DNA of 54,785 nucleotides from contig CAZKTW010000002.1 in NCBI GenBank assembly GCA_964555775.1, forward strand, positions 1-54,785, read 5' to 3'. Below the pieces are notes generated by a model. It worked only from the letters and a program-made list of their open reading frames with translations, ran no database searches and was not told the DNA's origin. This document shows, in pieces, positions 16,752 to 29,269 of this stretch (the first letter of the stretch is position 1; the number at the start of each line of letters is the position of its first letter). The translations under genes and the position numbers were made by a program. The DNA comes from an uncultured Bifidobacteriaceae bacterium. Lineage in GTDB: Bacteria; Verrucomicrobiota; Verrucomicrobiia; Limisphaerales; UBA11358.

Positions 16752-17428
16752 GGAAATCCCTTTTGGCGCGCTGGCGCTCGAGTTTTTTGACGGGACTGGC
16801 AATCACCTTTCCCGCCCTGCTCACCCTGGCGGCGGTCAAATGGCTCGTGGGTACGATTTCCAGCGTGACCGATTTGCTGCTTTTTTTCCTGCCCCGCACT
16901 CTCACGCACGAAAGCCTCGTCAATGCCAACGACGGCAAGGGGCCCATGTTCTGGTATTGGAGCCTGGTGGCACTGGTGCTGGCCTTGGTCCTCATTTCGG
17001 CGGCCGGCGTGCTGGCCCGTTATTATATCGGCAAAAAAGTGATCGATTGGACCGACCGCGTGCTGATGCAGGTGCCGCTGTTGAACAAGTTTTACGGTGC
17101 CATCAAACAGGTCAACGATGCGTTTGCCGGAAGCAAGCACTCGTTCAAGACCGTCGTCCTCGTGGAATTTCCCGGGCCGGGAAATTATTCCGTTGGTTTC
17201 ATCACCAGTGAACAGCAGGGCGAAATCCAGGGAAAGGCCGGCCGAAACCTCATCAGCGTCTTTGTCCCCACCACGCCCAACCCCACCTCCGGCTTCCTGA
17301 TCCTGGTGCCGGAAGAAAAACTCACCAAGCTCGACATGTCCGTGACTGATGCCATCAAGTACATTGTCAGCCTGGGTGCCATTTCCCAGGAATACGCTCC
17401 GCCGTCGCCGGAAGAAAAGCGAGGGTAG
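16748..17428 (+). CDS. DUF502-family membrane protein
   Basis: 'FLTGLAITFPALLTL' N-terminal TM, a second TM, 'PLLNKFYGAIKQV' and 'VFVPTTPNPTSGFLILVP' are typical of DUF502. ATGA overlap with ybeY. Confidence 0.7.
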   Translation: MRKSLLARWRSSFLTGLAITFPALLTLAAVKWLVGTISSVTDLLLFFLPRTLTHESLVNANDGKGPMFWYWSLVALVLALVLISAAGVLARYYIGKKVIDWTDRVLMQVPLLNKFYGAIKQVNDAFAGSKHSFKTVVLVEFPGPGNYSVGFITSEQQGEIQGKAGRNLISVFVPTTPNPTSGFLILVPEEKLTKLDMSVTDAIKYIVSLGAISQEYAPPSPEEKRG

Positions 17429-17505
17429 CAGATGGAGAATTGAGCATAGCTCAACGCGCCAAAACATATGCCATCTTCCCTTCTCCTCTCTCCATCTTTG
17501 CGTTT

Positions 17506-18153
17506 ATGATCGAAAGCGCCACCGGCCTCATCCTGCGCACGCGACCGCTGACGGAGACCAGTCTGATCGTTCACTGGCTTACGCCACATTTCGGCCGGAT
17601 GGCGACGGTGGCCAGGGGCGCGCGACGCGCGAAATCGCCGTTCCTCGGCCGGCTCGACCTGTTTTACCTCGCGGATTTTTCCTTCAGCGGGAGCCGCCAG
17701 TCCGGGTTGCATGCGCTGCGGGAGGTCAGCCTGCGCGACCCGCAAAGCGCGCTGCGCCAGGACATCCACCGGTTGCGCCAGGCCGCGTATGCCGCCGCCT
17801 TCATCGAGCAGGCCACGGAAACGGAGACGCCTCTGCCCGGCGTCTTTGAATTGGTGACCGGATTTCTCGATTACCTTTGTCATCACCCGCCGGGGCCACA
17901 AATGGTTTTCGCCTTTGAACTCAAACTCCTGCACGAACTCGGCCTCCAGCCGGACCTGTACAAACTAAAACTGACGCCCGGCGCAAAACAAATCATCCGC
18001 TCGCTGGCGCAAGGCGATTGGCCGGCGGTCCTGCGCCTCAGACTGACCCCGACCCAAACTGAAGAGCTGACTCAATTTCTTCACGGCTTCCTGATTTTTC
18101 ACCTCGGCCGCCTGCCCCGGGGCCGGGCCGGAGCGCTGTCAAACACTCCATGA
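17506..18153 (+). CDS. recO: DNA repair protein RecO
   Basis: 'GLILRTRPLTETSLIVHWLTPHFGRMATVARGARR' is an OB-fold N-terminus. Size and synteny with ybeY also fit. Confidence 0.8.
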   Translation: MIESATGLILRTRPLTETSLIVHWLTPHFGRMATVARGARRAKSPFLGRLDLFYLADFSFSGSRQSGLHALREVSLRDPQSALRQDIHRLRQAAYAAAFIEQATETETPLPGVFELVTGFLDYLCHHPPGPQMVFAFELKLLHELGLQPDLYKLKLTPGAKQIIRSLAQGDWPAVLRLRLTPTQTEELTQFLHGFLIFHLGRLPRGRAGALSNTP

Positions 18154-18321
18154 TCCGCCAAAATCATCGGATCGGCCATTCCCGCCAAAGTCCCCTTCCC
18201 TCTCCACCATTATCCGCCGCCACTGTCCCGGTATCGGCATTTGGCGTACCGAAATGAATAAAATGGCCTTGCGAATCAACATTTCAATGGCACGATTTCT
18301 GCGCAATTTCAGCATCGGCGA

Positions 18322-20673
18322 ATGATAAAAAAGATCTTCAAGTTCTCCACATTGCGCATGCAATTGGTCGGGACCGTGTTTTTGCTCATCACCCCGGCCG
18401 GATTGCTGATGTACATTTTTCGACTGGAGTTCAGCGGATTTGTGGTGGGATTGCTGGCCCTGGGGGCGGCGTGGTTTGGCGGCGAACATTTCATCATGCA
18501 TCAGGTGCGCGCGCTGTCCGCCACCGCCAAGAAAATTGCCGATGGTGATTTGAGCGCCCGCACCGGGTTGAAGGCCACGGGAAACGAACTCGGCCAGCTC
18601 ACCAAACTTTTCGACCAGATGGCCGAGTCATTGGAGCGGCATGTCAAGAGCCTGGAAAGCGCGGAAAAAAATCTGCTGAACCGCACCTTCCAGCAGACCG
18701 TCGTGGCGGCCCTGGGACAATTTGCGCTGACCAACAGCGACCTGGATGCCCTGTTGAATCAGGCCGCCATGCTCGTGGCGCAGACCCTGGGCGTGGAATA
18801 TTCCGCCGTGTTTGAACAACTGCCCGGCGGCCAATTGCGGCTGCAGGCCGGCGTGGGCTGGAAACCGGCATACAACCGGCAGACGGCCCTCCCCGGAAAT
18901 GAAAATTCGCCGATTGTCAGCGCCTTGAGTTCCGGTGAGCCGGTGATTATCGCTGACTTGAAAGCAGAAACGCGCATCTCCGTGTCCCCCTTCCTGGCGG
19001 AACACGGCGTGGTCAGCAGTGTCACCGTCGCCATTCCCACCCGTGGCCGCCCTTTTGGCTTGTTGGGAGTTTACAGCACGCACCCGCGGAAATTCAACTC
19101 GGATGAAGTCCAGTTTCTGCAGGCCGCCGCCACCGCCATCGGTCTGGCGGTCGAACGCAAACGCGCCGATGCCGAACAGCAAAAACTCGCCGCCTTCGTC
19201 CAGTTGAATCCGAATGCGGCGATGGAATTGAACACCAACGGCACCATCACCTATTTCAACGAGGCGGCACAACAACTGGCCATTTCCGTGAAACGAACTC
19301 ACCCCAGCGAAGTGTTGCCACCGGAGATCGGTCCCATCATCAGCGAATGTCTTGCCACCGGGGAAAGCAAGGTGCACATGGATACCAAGGTGGAAGGCCG
19401 CACCTTTTCGTGGTCGTTCCATCCCGTCATCGCCAGCAATGTGGTGCATTGTTACATTGAAGACATCACTGAGCGGCTGAGCCTGGAGGCCCAGTTGCGC
19501 CAGTCGCAAAAGATGGAGTCGGTGGGCCAGCTCGCGGCCGGCGTGGCGCATGACTTCAACAACATGCTCACCATCATCCAGGGACACACCAGCTCGCTGC
19601 TGGCCAAGCCAACCCTGCCGCCGGAGATAGTGGATTCCATTCAGGCCGTTTACTTTGCCGCCGAGCGCGCCGCCGGTCTCACCCGCCAGTTGCTCATGTT
19701 CAGCCGCAAGAACGTCATGCAACTCCGGTCGCTCGATTTGCAGGAGGTGGTTGGCAACATGACCAAAATGTTGCAGCGCCTCCTGGGAGAAACCATCACG
19801 CTTGAATTTGAACCAGCCGCAGAACAGGCCTTTGTCATGGGCGACTGCGGCATGATCGAGCAGGTGGTCATGAACCTGTCCGTCAACGCCCGCGACGCCA
19901 TGACCCGCGGCGGCCGGTTGACCCTCAACATCGAAACGGTGGATGTGGACGATGCTTTCAACGAAACCCACCCACAAGCGCGGCCGGGACCTTTTGTCCG
20001 GTTGCGGGTTACCGACACCGGATGCGGCATGGATACCGCGACGATGAACCGCATTTTCGAACCCTTTTTCACCACCAAAGACATCGGGCAGGGCACTGGC
20101 CTGGGTCTCGCCACGGTTTATGGTATTGTCAAACAACACGACGGTTGGGTGGATGTAAGCAGTGAGCTCCGCAAAGGCAGCACTTTCGACGTGTATTTTC
20201 CCGCCAGCGACGAAGTACCCACAACGATAAACCGGGTGGAGAATACTTCCACCACCACGATCGCCAGCGGCAGGGAGACCGTGCTGATTGTTGAAGATGA
20301 ACCCATCCTGCGCAGCATGGCCCGCGACATCCTCGAAGAATGCGGCTATCGCATTCTGGAGGCGTCCTCTGGCAAGGATGCGCTTGATCTCTGGAAGAAA
20401 CGGGCAGGTAAAATTGATCTGCTTTTGACCGACATGGTTATGCCCGAAGGCATATCCGGGGTGGACCTCGCCGAAAAATTGCTGGCCGGACAGCCGGAAC
20501 TGAAAATTGTCTTTACGAGCGGCTACACCGCCAACGAGGTCAACCAGGAAATGCTCGTCCGGACCGGCGCCAGTTTCCTTTCCAAACCCTACACCCACGC
20601 CGAACTGGCCAAAGCCGTGCGCGACTGCCTCGACCAAAACAGCCGCAAAAATGGTGCGGCGGCCGACAATTGA
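18322..20673 (+). CDS. Hybrid sensor histidine kinase/response regulator (TM-HAMP-GAF-PAS-HisKA-HATPase-REC)
   Basis: H-box '[12 protein letters not shown]', N-box '[10 protein letters not shown]', G-boxes 'DTGCGM' and 'GTGLGLA', and C-terminal REC 'VLIVEDEP...LLLTDMVMP...SKP'. Confidence 0.9.
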   Translation: MIKKIFKFSTLRMQLVGTVFLLITPAGLLMYIFRLEFSGFVVGLLALGAAWFGGEHFIMHQVRALSATAKKIADGDLSARTGLKATGNELGQLTKLFDQMAESLERHVKSLESAEKNLLNRTFQQTVVAALGQFALTNSDLDALLNQAAMLVAQTLGVEYSAVFEQLPGGQLRLQAGVGWKPAYNRQTALPGNENSPIVSALSSGEPVIIADLKAETRISVSPFLAEHGVVSSVTVAIPTRGRPFGLLGVYSTHPRKFNSDEVQFLQAAATAIGLAVERKRADAEQQKLAAFVQLNPNAAMELNTNGTITYFNEAAQQLAISVKRTHPSEVLPPEIGPIISECLATGESKVHMDTKVEGRTFSWSFHPVIASNVVHCYIEDITERLSLEAQLRQSQKMESVGQLAAGVAHDFNNMLTIIQGHTSSLLAKPTLPPEIVDSIQAVYFAAERAAGLTRQLLMFSRKNVMQLRSLDLQEVVGNMTKMLQRLLGETITLEFEPAAEQAFVMGDCGMIEQVVMNLSVNARDAMTRGGRLTLNIETVDVDDAFNETHPQARPGPFVRLRVTDTGCGMDTATMNRIFEPFFTTKDIGQGTGLGLATVYGIVKQHDGWVDVSSELRKGSTFDVYFPASDEVPTTINRVENTSTTTIASGRETVLIVEDEPILRSMARDILEECGYRILEASSGKDALDLWKKRAGKIDLLLTDMVMPEGISGVDLAEKLLAGQPELKIVFTSGYTANEVNQEMLVRTGASFLSKPYTHAELAKAVRDCLDQNSRKNGAAADN

Positions 20674-20681
20674 CGCCACGC

Positions 20682-21671
20682 ATGGAAACCCGCCCGCCAG
20701 GCGATGTGACGATCGCCATTTTGAGCGACATTCATCACGCCGGGCCAATTGAGCGTGCCCGGGGCGAAGATTACGAATTTCGCAACATTGCCAATCCTCT
20801 GCTGCGCGCCGTCGCCCGTATCTACCGCCATTGGATCTGGATGCGCCACCCGCTCGATCAGGGCCGGCAACTCGACCGGTTTCTGGCCGGAATCGGGCCG
20901 GTGGATTATGTCGTGGCCAACGGCGATTACGCGTGCGACACGGCATTTGGAGGCGCAAGCGACCCGGGCTCATTGCAGAGCGTGCAGGAATGTCTTGGCA
21001 AGCTCCGCACAAAATTCGGCGACCGCGCCCATTTCACCCTGGGCGATCATGAGTTTGGCAAACTAACCTTGTTTGGCGGGAAAGGAGGCATGCGGCTGGC
21101 CAGCTGGCATGCGGTCACGCAGCAACTTGACCTGCAGCCGTTCTGGAAGCTGGCCATTGGGCGCTACCTGCTCATGGGGGTTGCATCGCCTCTCATCGCC
21201 CTGCCGTCAAACCAGGCAGACGTCCCGCCGCTGGAATGGCCGGACTGGCAGCCCTTGCGGGAGGCGCACCTCGCTGAAATCCGCGGCGCCTTCGAAGCCC
21301 TCCTACCGGAACAGCGCGTTATTTTGTTTTGCCACGATCCCACGGCGCTGCCGTACTTGTGGCACGAGGAATCGGTGAGACGGCGCCTGCCGCAGGTGGA
21401 ACAAACGATCATCGGCCATCTCCATACGCGGCTGATTCTGTGGAAGAGCCGCGTGTTGTCGGGAATCCCGCCCATTCGTTTTCTGGGCCGTTCCGTCAAC
21501 CGCTTTTCGTCGGCCTTGCACAAGGCGCATCATTGGTGGCCATTCCACGTGCGCCTCTGCCCGGCATTGTCGGGGATCCAACTGCTGAACGACGGCGGTT
21601 ATTACACGGTGAAAATTGATCCCAAAGCCAGCCAACCCGCCCGCTTCACCTTTCACCCGTTGCCCCGGTGA
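20682..21671 (+). CDS. Calcineurin-like metallophosphoesterase
   Basis: 'IAILSDIHHAG', 'ANGDYACD' and 'GDHE' are metallophosphoesterase motifs I-III. The start is ATG 20682 or TTG 20670, which overlaps the kinase stop. Confidence 0.7.
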   Translation: METRPPGDVTIAILSDIHHAGPIERARGEDYEFRNIANPLLRAVARIYRHWIWMRHPLDQGRQLDRFLAGIGPVDYVVANGDYACDTAFGGASDPGSLQSVQECLGKLRTKFGDRAHFTLGDHEFGKLTLFGGKGGMRLASWHAVTQQLDLQPFWKLAIGRYLLMGVASPLIALPSNQADVPPLEWPDWQPLREAHLAEIRGAFEALLPEQRVILFCHDPTALPYLWHEESVRRRLPQVEQTIIGHLHTRLILWKSRVLSGIPPIRFLGRSVNRFSSALHKAHHWWPFHVRLCPALSGIQLLNDGGYYTVKIDPKASQPARFTFHPLPR

Positions 21672-21720
21672 TGCTGGCAAAGCGCGGTCCGTCGCTGCAT
21701 TTCCCGACGGCGCATCCAGG

Positions 21721-24700
21721 TCAGTGTTTTATGCTTTTGATCAATTGATTCAGAACCCCTCCCACCTGCGATGCTGTATTGGTGGTCGTGCTGAGAATGC
21801 CGTTGCCGAGGGATTTCACCGCCAGGCTGCCCAGGGCCACCATGTTTTTGTCCGCCTTCGGATTGCCGAGCGTGCCATTCATTGTCAAGAACTGCGGCAA
21901 CGGCACATAGGCGGCGGCGGCGGAACCCTTGCTGGAAGTGAGATTGAGCTGGCCGGCAATGGACTGGCTCACCGAAACAACCACCGGAATGTTGATGGGC
22001 GAGTTGGTCAGCACCGGAGCGAGGGTGATGCTACCCTGGCCGTCCGCTTTGAAGACCGCGCTTTGCACCGAAGCCGATGATAAATCAATCCGTCCGGCGC
22101 CCGCCTTGATCTGTGCGTTGATCACCTGGATGGGCGACTTCTTAAGTTCATCCATCAACCCGCCGCCCTGTCCGGTCACTTGGCCAAGCAGGGAGGTGAC
22201 GGCCTTTTCGGGATGGCCCAACAGTTCCGGGATGGTTGCAATCACGTTGACCAGGGTCTTAAGGATCGGATTGTGTACGTTGACCACGGACAGGTTGAAA
22301 TTGGTGACACCGCCGGCAAATTGGCCGGTGAGGTTTTTTTGCAGATTGATGCCGGTCACGCCCGCGCCTTTGATCTGGGTATTCGCCGTCAGGGTTCCGC
22401 CCATCTGGCCTTTGCGATCGGGCAGGAAGGTGTTCACCAATGGCGCCATCGGAACCCGATCGGCACTGAATGCCACATCGTAACGGTAACCCGGCACGCC
22501 CAGGTTCAAAGCCACCGCGGCATTCACCGGCGCGCCATTGAGCGTGAGCTTGAAGGGCTTCACCGTCACCTGTCCGCCATCCACGTTTACCTTCGTCTGC
22601 CAGCCGGTGACTTCCACTTCGTGCAGATAAAGTCCGCCAATGTCGGCTGTCACCGCAAAATTCTTAAAAGGTAAACTTTTTGCCGGCGGTTCCTCGTCAG
22701 TTTGGGTGGAAGCCGGTTCGGCTGGCATTGCTCCGGCAGCCGTTTTTTCCCCACCCTTTTGACTTCCGGCGAACAAATCGTAGTAGCTGGTCAGATCCAG
22801 CGAATCGGCGCTGAGTTTGAGGTTGCCGCGGATTGCGTTCGTCCGCGAATAATCCACCTGTCCTTGCAATTGAATCTGGTTCTTTCCGCGTTTGGTGGGC
22901 GTGAGGCTGATCTGGAACTGGCGGATGTCAGCCGCCGACTTTTCCACGCTGGTGTCCATTTGCAATTTGGCTTCCAGCGGGGTGGGCGGGAGCTTCCGTT
23001 GCGGGTCATTCACGATCAGATTGGCCACCTGCATCGAGGCCTGAATGGCGGAACTGCCCTTGGGATCATAGTCCACGGAAGCCTTGCCATTGAGGGCGAC
23101 GGAGACGAGTTGCTTGCCCGTCAGCAGCGGTTCCAGAAACGGCCGCAAGCCGTCTTGATTGAAGTCCGACAGATTGGCGGTCAACTGCATCACCTGGCTC
23201 ACAGTGTTAAATTTGCCGGAAACCTCAAAATGGCCGCCGGCCCCGCCATTGGCCATCAACTGGCCGTTGATCTGGTTGATTTGCACCCGGTCCTCGGACT
23301 GGCTGATGTCGAGCGCCATCGTACTGCTGAAATTGCGAAACTGGCTTTTGCCGGCATGACCGGTGAGGTTGGCGAGCGCGATTTTGCCGGTGACGGTCCG
23401 GGTGTTTTCTTTCTGCGTCACAGTTCCTTTCAACTCGGCGGTGCCGGAGGTGAAACTGGTATCCGATTGCAGGATCTGGCCCAGCGCGGCAAATGAAGCC
23501 TGCAGGGCCACCTGCAAGTCCAGAGCTCTGGTCGCAACGTCGTAGGTGCCCGAGCCGGTGACGATGGCCAGCGACTGGTTTTGCCGGGTGACCTGCACCT
23601 GGTAATCGGCAAGCTTGAATTGCTTGAGATTGGCCGCCTCACCCCGGGCCTGCAGTCCCACGCCAACCTGGATCGTTTGCTTGCCACCGATGGGCGCCTT
23701 CAGATTTTGAATCTGCGAATCGAGGTCAAAAGCGAGCTGTTGGCCGCCCTTGAGTGACGACAATTTCAAGGTCAAACCCAGGCTGCCTGAATCGGCGGCG
23801 TTGCCGATCAGCGGCTGCCAATCTGCGAGGTTCAAACCCGCAATCGTCAGATCGAGAACGGAATCTGCCGCGCCACTCGTGCCATTGCCCCAGGCAAGGT
23901 TCAGGGGCCGGGCCAGGCGCACGGTCAACAGCGGGTTGCCGTTCTGCGTGCCCGTCATATTCAACCCGCGCACCAGCAATGTCTGCGCCGCGTTGTCCAC
24001 GGTGACGGAGTAAGTGGCGTTGAAATTGAGCGTGGGGGTGGTTTGTCCGGCCCGGACCAGTTGGAGTTTGCCTGCGTCGCACCGGCCCGTAACGCTGATG
24101 ACCGAACCCGCCTTGGTCAGTTCGATTTCGTTGCTGGAACCGATGGTCGTGGTGCCGAAATCCGTTCCGCCCGCGCCGGCCACCAGATTCAACAATCGCC
24201 GGTCAACCCCCTGCAATTCCACCTTCAACCGGCCTTCCATTTTTTGCATGTCCAGCGGCCCGCTGACCGCCAACTGGCCCAGCGGCGCGCCGGCTTTTTG
24301 AAAATGGAGCGCCGTTTGTTTGATTTCCGTCGGGGTCACGGCGCAATCCAGCACGGCGCTGAACCGGTCGAAGTCGCCAAACCCTCCATCTGCGCGTGAA
24401 ACATCAAAGCGGGCCTGGCCGTTGACCGGCGCGGGTTTCAAGTCGGCACTCAACGCAAAACTGAAATCGCAGTTAAACGCGGCCTGCAAATGTCCCGCGT
24501 TGCCGGCCGGCGGATTGTTCTCCATCTGGATGAACGCGCCCAGTTTCAGGGTGCCGGCCTGTCCGTTCTTCAGGTTGGCCAGCACCACGCTCGCGTTCGC
24601 CACTTCCAGAAAATCGCGCCGGTTGCCGGCATAATTTCTTATCTTCCGGAAGGTCGCGTTGCTCACGGTGAACTTCCCGACATCAATGCGCGGCGGCTTC

Positions 24701-25173
24701 GCCGGATGGGGAGACGCTGGCGGGGCGGCTTCGCCGGATGGTTTTGCCGATGCCGGCAACAGGCCGCCCAGGTTGCTGGTACCGTCCGGGTTTTCAACCA
24801 GCGTGACCGTCGGCGACACGAGGGCGATTTCAGACACCCGCAGGTTGCCGCGAAGGATGCTCCAAAGGCTGTAACTGGCACGGATTTCCGGGGCGGAGAA
24901 GATCGGCTCCTGGCCTTTCGCCTGTATTTTCAGGCCACGGACCATGATTTTGCTGAAGGGATGGACGGAGATTTCAGTGACGGTGATGTCGGCATGAAGG
25001 GCAGCGCCAACGCGGGGGAGAATGACGCGTTTGATGAAGGCAGGGCTGGTCCCAACCATATAGGCCGCGATCAGCAGAAGCACCACCGCCAGGCCAAGCC
25101 AGACCACAATCCGTATTGCCTTCCGCAGCCGGCTGCGTCCCTTTTCGATTGTCAGTGAGGAAATCGTTGCCAT
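21721..25173 (-). CDS. AsmA-family (DUF748-like) large envelope protein
   Basis: N-terminal single TM anchor, then about 1100 aa of beta-rich low-complexity sequence (T/G/N/Q/S/V-rich), as in AsmA/TamB-like proteins. The N-terminal '[16 protein letters not shown]' and '[24 protein letters not shown]' match the AsmA N-domain pattern. Confidence 0.65.
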   Translation of the reverse strand: MATISSLTIEKGRSRLRKAIRIVVWLGLAVVLLLIAAYMVGTSPAFIKRVILPRVGAALHADITVTEISVHPFSKIMVRGLKIQAKGQEPIFSAPEIRASYSLWSILRGNLRVSEIALVSPTVTLVENPDGTSNLGGLLPASAKPSGEAAPPASPHPAKPPRIDVGKFTVSNATFRKIRNYAGNRRDFLEVANASVVLANLKNGQAGTLKLGAFIQMENNPPAGNAGHLQAAFNCDFSFALSADLKPAPVNGQARFDVSRADGGFGDFDRFSAVLDCAVTPTEIKQTALHFQKAGAPLGQLAVSGPLDMQKMEGRLKVELQGVDRRLLNLVAGAGGTDFGTTTIGSSNEIELTKAGSVISVTGRCDAGKLQLVRAGQTTPTLNFNATYSVTVDNAAQTLLVRGLNMTGTQNGNPLLTVRLARPLNLAWGNGTSGAADSVLDLTIAGLNLADWQPLIGNAADSGSLGLTLKLSSLKGGQQLAFDLDSQIQNLKAPIGGKQTIQVGVGLQARGEAANLKQFKLADYQVQVTRQNQSLAIVTGSGTYDVATRALDLQVALQASFAALGQILQSDTSFTSGTAELKGTVTQKENTRTVTGKIALANLTGHAGKSQFRNFSSTMALDISQSEDRVQINQINGQLMANGGAGGHFEVSGKFNTVSQVMQLTANLSDFNQDGLRPFLEPLLTGKQLVSVALNGKASVDYDPKGSSAIQASMQVANLIVNDPQRKLPPTPLEAKLQMDTSVEKSAADIRQFQISLTPTKRGKNQIQLQGQVDYSRTNAIRGNLKLSADSLDLTSYYDLFAGSQKGGEKTAAGAMPAEPASTQTDEEPPAKSLPFKNFAVTADIGGLYLHEVEVTGWQTKVNVDGGQVTVKPFKLTLNGAPVNAAVALNLGVPGYRYDVAFSADRVPMAPLVNTFLPDRKGQMGGTLTANTQIKGAGVTGINLQKNLTGQFAGGVTNFNLSVVNVHNPILKTLVNVIATIPELLGHPEKAVTSLLGQVTGQGGGLMDELKKSPIQVINAQIKAGAGRIDLSSASVQSAVFKADGQGSITLAPVLTNSPINIPVVVSVSQSIAGQLNLTSSKGSAAAAYVPLPQFLTMNGTLGNPKADKNMVALGSLAVKSLGNGILSTTTNTASQVGGVLNQLIKSIKH

Positions 25174-25376
25174 AAAAAATCACATTTCAATGACCGCTCG
25201 CCGTTGTTTTGCCTGGTCCTGACCCGCGCCACCTGCTCCTGCCGGACGTAATTTCCTGTTTTTACACTGGCATCACTCGATTATTCAATTTAAATCAGAG
25301 CAAAACAATTGTTTTAACCCCGGCGCGCCCCGTATTTTCGCTTCCCCACTTCCATCCAGCCAATCATATTCCTGTC

Positions 25377-26435
25377 GTGATCAACACCGACGCAAAGCTG
25401 TCCGCGTTTCTGCCCGCGCTCACCTCGGCCGCCTGGCTGGCTCTCGACACCGAGGCCGACAGCCTGCACGCCTACCCGGAAAAGGTCTGCCTGATTCAAA
25501 TCAGCACCGCCAGCGGCGACCAGTTGATCGATCCGCTGGCGAAAATCAACCTGGAACCCCTGCTCGCCGCGCTGGCCGGGCACGAACTCATCATGCATGG
25601 CGCGGACTATGATTTGCGGCTGCTGCGCAAGCACCACGAGTTTGTTCCCCGCGCGATTTTCGATACGATGCTCGCGGCCCGGTTGCTGGGCGAAACACAA
25701 TTCGGCCTGAGTTCGCTCGTGGAAAAATTTCTGGGCGTGAAACTGGACAAGGCCTCGCAAAAAGCCGACTGGGCCCGGCGCCCGCTCACCGAGCGGATGG
25801 AAATTTACGCGCGCAACGATACGCACCATCTCAAGGCGCTTTCCGACAAGTTGAAACTGGAACTGCAGCAAAAAAACCGCCTGGGCTGGCAGCAGGAATC
25901 GTGCGCCCGGCTGATCGTGGATTGTTCGCATCCCCCCGTGCCGGACGGGGATTCCGTCTGGCGTGTCAAGGGCAGTCATAGATTGGGCCGGGCAGCCCTT
26001 GCCGTGTTGCGTGAGCTTTGGCAATGGCGCGAAACCGAAGCCATTGCCGCGAACCGGCCGCCGTTTTTCATCCTGAGCCACGAGAAGATGGTTGAATTCG
26101 CCGAAACTGCCGCCGGGCATCAACCCGTCGAACCGCTCCTGCCGCCGCGCATGTCGCCGCGCCGTCGCGATAGTCTGGTGACGGCCATCAAAACGGGCCA
26201 GGCGCTCCCAGCCGACCGGCATCCGGAAAGAATCCGGCATCATTTCAGCCGGCCCAATGAAGCCGTAATGCGCCGTTATCGCGAATTGGAAAAACGTCGC
26301 GACGCGCAGGCACATCAGTTGGTTATTGACCCGACGCTCATCGCCAGCCGCGCCACGCTTGGGGACCTGGCCCGGGATTGGGACCGGCATGCGCCGGAGC
26401 TGATGATCTGGCAAAGAGAGCTGCTGCAATCCTAG
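25377..26435 (+). CDS. rnd: Ribonuclease D (DEDD 3'-5' exonuclease + HRDC)
   Basis: 'LALDTEADSLHAY..KVCLIQIS', 'MHGADYDLR', 'W..RPL......YARNDTHHL'. GTG 25377 is chosen by analogy with the E. coli RNase D N-terminus; the ORF is open from 25209. Confidence 0.85.
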   Translation: MINTDAKLSAFLPALTSAAWLALDTEADSLHAYPEKVCLIQISTASGDQLIDPLAKINLEPLLAALAGHELIMHGADYDLRLLRKHHEFVPRAIFDTMLAARLLGETQFGLSSLVEKFLGVKLDKASQKADWARRPLTERMEIYARNDTHHLKALSDKLKLELQQKNRLGWQQESCARLIVDCSHPPVPDGDSVWRVKGSHRLGRAALAVLRELWQWRETEAIAANRPPFFILSHEKMVEFAETAAGHQPVEPLLPPRMSPRRRDSLVTAIKTGQALPADRHPERIRHHFSRPNEAVMRRYRELEKRRDAQAHQLVIDPTLIASRATLGDLARDWDRHAPELMIWQRELLQS

Positions 26436-26628
26436 AGGCGGCTTGCTTGCAGGATTTTCCAGCGTTCAGAAATTTATGGCGAAGGTGTCGCCGGGAATTG
26501 GCCTGCGATATAGGAATTTAAACGTTAAATCCCTTTATTTTGGACGGCCTGTGCGTCCAAACGCACATTGTGCCGGGTCTCATCTGCTGCGAAAGTGGGT
26601 ACATTCAGCTGATTAAAGCGATCATCAA

Positions 26629-29265
26629 ATGAAATCGAAATCTCTTTGGCTGGTAGTGGTCGTATCCGGTTTCTTCGTCGTCTCCGCGCCGGCCACCATC
26701 CGCTATGTGGCCCCGAACAGTGCAACCCCGCTGCCGCCCTACACGAGTTGGGCCACGGCGGCAACGAACATCCAACCAGCGGTGGAGGCGGCCCTGTCGG
26801 GCGACGTGGTGCTGGTAACGAATGGAATTTATCAGACCGGCACCCGGACGATTGCCGGAGTGAATCGCGTGGCGGTGGACAGCAAAACGGTGACGATCCT
26901 GAGTGTGAATGGGCCGGCCGTGACGGTGATCAAGGGCAGTTGGGATCCGGCCACCAACGGGCCGGCTGCCGTACGATGCGTCTATCTGGCGAGTGGTTCC
27001 GTTTTGTCCGGTTTCACCCTCACGAATGGCGCGACGGCAGCTTCCGGAACAACGTTTGGGGGCGGGGTGTATTGCCAGTCTGTTTCCGCGGTCGTTTCCA
27101 ATTGTATCATCACGGGGAATGGCGCTGCCAGCGACGGAGGTGGAGGTTATTCGGGCACCTACCTCAATTGCAAAATTAGCGGCAACGCGTCGTTCAATAA
27201 CGGCGGTGGGATCAATGGCGGCGCGGTTAAAAACTGTGTCATCACCGGAAATTCAGCTAAGACCGGCGGCGGGACTTATGGCAACTTGCCGGAGAATTGC
27301 ACGATAGCGGGAAACGTGGCTGCGGTGGAGGGCGGAGGGGTCGATGGTGCGAGCACCGGGGCCATGAATAATTGCATTGTCTATGGCAACACTGCCCCCA
27401 GCGGGAGCAATAATATTTTCATAAAAATGAATAATTGCTGCACCGTGCCGGTCATCGGTTCCGCCAACAACTTTACCAATGCGCCTATCTTCGTTGATCC
27501 AGCGACCGGCAATTTCCATCTCCAGCCCTGGTCGCCCTGCATCAACGCCGGAAATAATTCCCTGGTGACCGACAGCGCGGACCTGGACGGGAACCCGCGC
27601 ATCGCCGGCGGTACGGTGGACATGGGCGCTTACGAATTCCAATCTACGGTGCGTTTTGTGAATGTGAGCAATCCCGCGCCGGTGTCGCCGTTCACGAATT
27701 GGGCCATGGCAGCGACCAATATTCAGGATGCGATTGACGCCGCCAACGCGGGGGATTTCATCCTGGTGAGCAACGGCGTTTATAAAACCGGCGGCCGCGC
27801 GGCTTATGGCGTCGCCACCAATCGCGTGACCGTGGACAAAGCGGTCACCGTGCAAAGCGTCAACGGAGCGGCGGCGACCATCATTGCGGGTGCCGGCAAC
27901 CGCGGCACTCCCGGCATTCGTGGTGTTTATTTGACCAACGGCGCAGCGCTGATCGGATTTACTCTGACGAACGGCACCACCCGTTTTTCAGGAGATGTCG
28001 TCAACGAGCAAAGTGGTGGCGGCGTCTGGTGTGAAACCGGCGGGGTGATTGTCTCCAATTGCGTCTTCACCGGCAACTATGCGAATCAAAACGGTGGCGG
28101 GGCATTCCGAGGCACCCTGTTCAATTGCCTCCTCACGAACAATATTGGCAATCGAGGCGCAGGCGCCTGTTCCAATAGTCTGTTCAATTGCGTCCTGACA
28201 AAAAACTTTGCTCTTTTCCAAAACCTGGACAGCGGTGGCGGCGCGATTTATTCGTCTCTGAGCAACTGCCTGCTCGTCGCCAATTCATGTGACGGCGGCG
28301 GCGGCGGCGCGGCCTTCAGTTCCTTGACCAGTTGCGTGGTCAGCAACAACACCGGAAACACCGCCGGCGGGGGTGTGTGCATGGGCATTGCCAATGACTG
28401 CCTTATTTCCAGCAACCGAACATTCAACTCCGGCGGCGGCGCCTACTCGAACCTGTTGAACAACTGCGTATTGAAAAATAATCTTGCGAACGGCAATGGC
28501 GGTGGCGCTTACAACAGCGCACTGGACAATTGCACGGTCATCAGCAACAAGGCAGCGTTTGCTCCAGGAGCTGTCGCCGGCGGCGGAATTTATGGAGGCG
28601 TCGCAACCAATAGCATTTTATATTACAATTCGGCCGATAACGGTTCGAATTTCTATTTTCCAGGCAACATGACCATAAACTACTGCTGTACGACGCCACT
28701 TCCAACCAATGGCGTTGGCAACGTCACTAACGAACCGGCATTCGCAAACCTGGCCACCGGCGATTTTCATTTGCAGTCCAGCTCTCCCTGCATCAATGCC
28801 GGCAACAATGCCGCCGTCACCAGTTCATCCGATTTCGCCGGCAACCCGCGCATCGTCGGTGCCACGGTGGACATGGGCGCCTATGAATTTCAATCGCCCG
28901 GATCGCTCCTGTCCTATGCTTGGGCGCAGCAATACGGTTTGCCGACGGATGGAACGGCGGATAACGCAGATTCCGATGGCGACGGCATGAGCAACTGGCA
29001 GGAATGGCAGGCGGGAACGATTCCCATTGACGCAACTTCCGTCCTGAAGATGGTATCCCCATCAAACAGCATTTCGGGCACAGCTGTGACGTGGCAAAGC
29101 GTGAGCGGTAAAACTTATTTCATCCAGCGCAGCGGTGATTTGTCCGCCCCATCACCATTTTCAACCATCCAAAGCAACATTGCCGGTCAAGCGGGCACGA
29201 CGACTTACAACGACACCACCGCCTCCGGCCCCGGCCCGTTCTTCTACCGCGTCGGCGTGCAATAG
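26629..29265 (+). CDS. Secreted right-handed parallel beta-helix repeat protein (internally duplicated), with a C-terminal Ca-binding-like DxDxDG motif and a beta-sandwich tail
   Basis: Signal peptide '[22 protein letters not shown]'. There are dozens of 'GGG(V/I)Y...N C.(I/L).GN' turns and two copies of a module ending '[11 protein letters not shown]'. '[17 protein letters not shown]' lies near the C-terminus. Confidence 0.75.
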   Translation: MKSKSLWLVVVVSGFFVVSAPATIRYVAPNSATPLPPYTSWATAATNIQPAVEAALSGDVVLVTNGIYQTGTRTIAGVNRVAVDSKTVTILSVNGPAVTVIKGSWDPATNGPAAVRCVYLASGSVLSGFTLTNGATAASGTTFGGGVYCQSVSAVVSNCIITGNGAASDGGGGYSGTYLNCKISGNASFNNGGGINGGAVKNCVITGNSAKTGGGTYGNLPENCTIAGNVAAVEGGGVDGASTGAMNNCIVYGNTAPSGSNNIFIKMNNCCTVPVIGSANNFTNAPIFVDPATGNFHLQPWSPCINAGNNSLVTDSADLDGNPRIAGGTVDMGAYEFQSTVRFVNVSNPAPVSPFTNWAMAATNIQDAIDAANAGDFILVSNGVYKTGGRAAYGVATNRVTVDKAVTVQSVNGAAATIIAGAGNRGTPGIRGVYLTNGAALIGFTLTNGTTRFSGDVVNEQSGGGVWCETGGVIVSNCVFTGNYANQNGGGAFRGTLFNCLLTNNIGNRGAGACSNSLFNCVLTKNFALFQNLDSGGGAIYSSLSNCLLVANSCDGGGGGAAFSSLTSCVVSNNTGNTAGGGVCMGIANDCLISSNRTFNSGGGAYSNLLNNCVLKNNLANGNGGGAYNSALDNCTVISNKAAFAPGAVAGGGIYGGVATNSILYYNSADNGSNFYFPGNMTINYCCTTPLPTNGVGNVTNEPAFANLATGDFHLQSSSPCINAGNNAAVTSSSDFAGNPRIVGATVDMGAYEFQSPGSLLSYAWAQQYGLPTDGTADNADSDGDGMSNWQEWQAGTIPIDATSVLKMVSPSNSISGTAVTWQSVSGKTYFIQRSGDLSAPSPFSTIQSNIAGQAGTTTYNDTTASGPGPFFYRVGVQ

Positions 29266-29269
29266 CCAC

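Noticed and set aside
18628-21012. 794-aa ORF on the minus strand
   Set aside because: It lies entirely antisense to the hybrid histidine kinase and metallophosphoesterase, both of which have unambiguous motifs. Its product is an Arg/Gly/Ala/His-rich low-complexity sequence, typical of shadow ORFs in high-GC DNA.
21721-25173. Large 1150-aa protein as a possible toxin, adhesin or novel system component
   Set aside because: An N-terminal anchor plus AsmA-type motifs and a beta-rich repetitive body fit an ordinary AsmA/TamB-like envelope biogenesis protein. Composition is host-like and there are no partner genes.
25314-26429. 371-aa minus-strand ORF
   Set aside because: It is antisense to RNase D (DEDD and HRDC motifs are on the plus strand). 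It is a shadow ORF.
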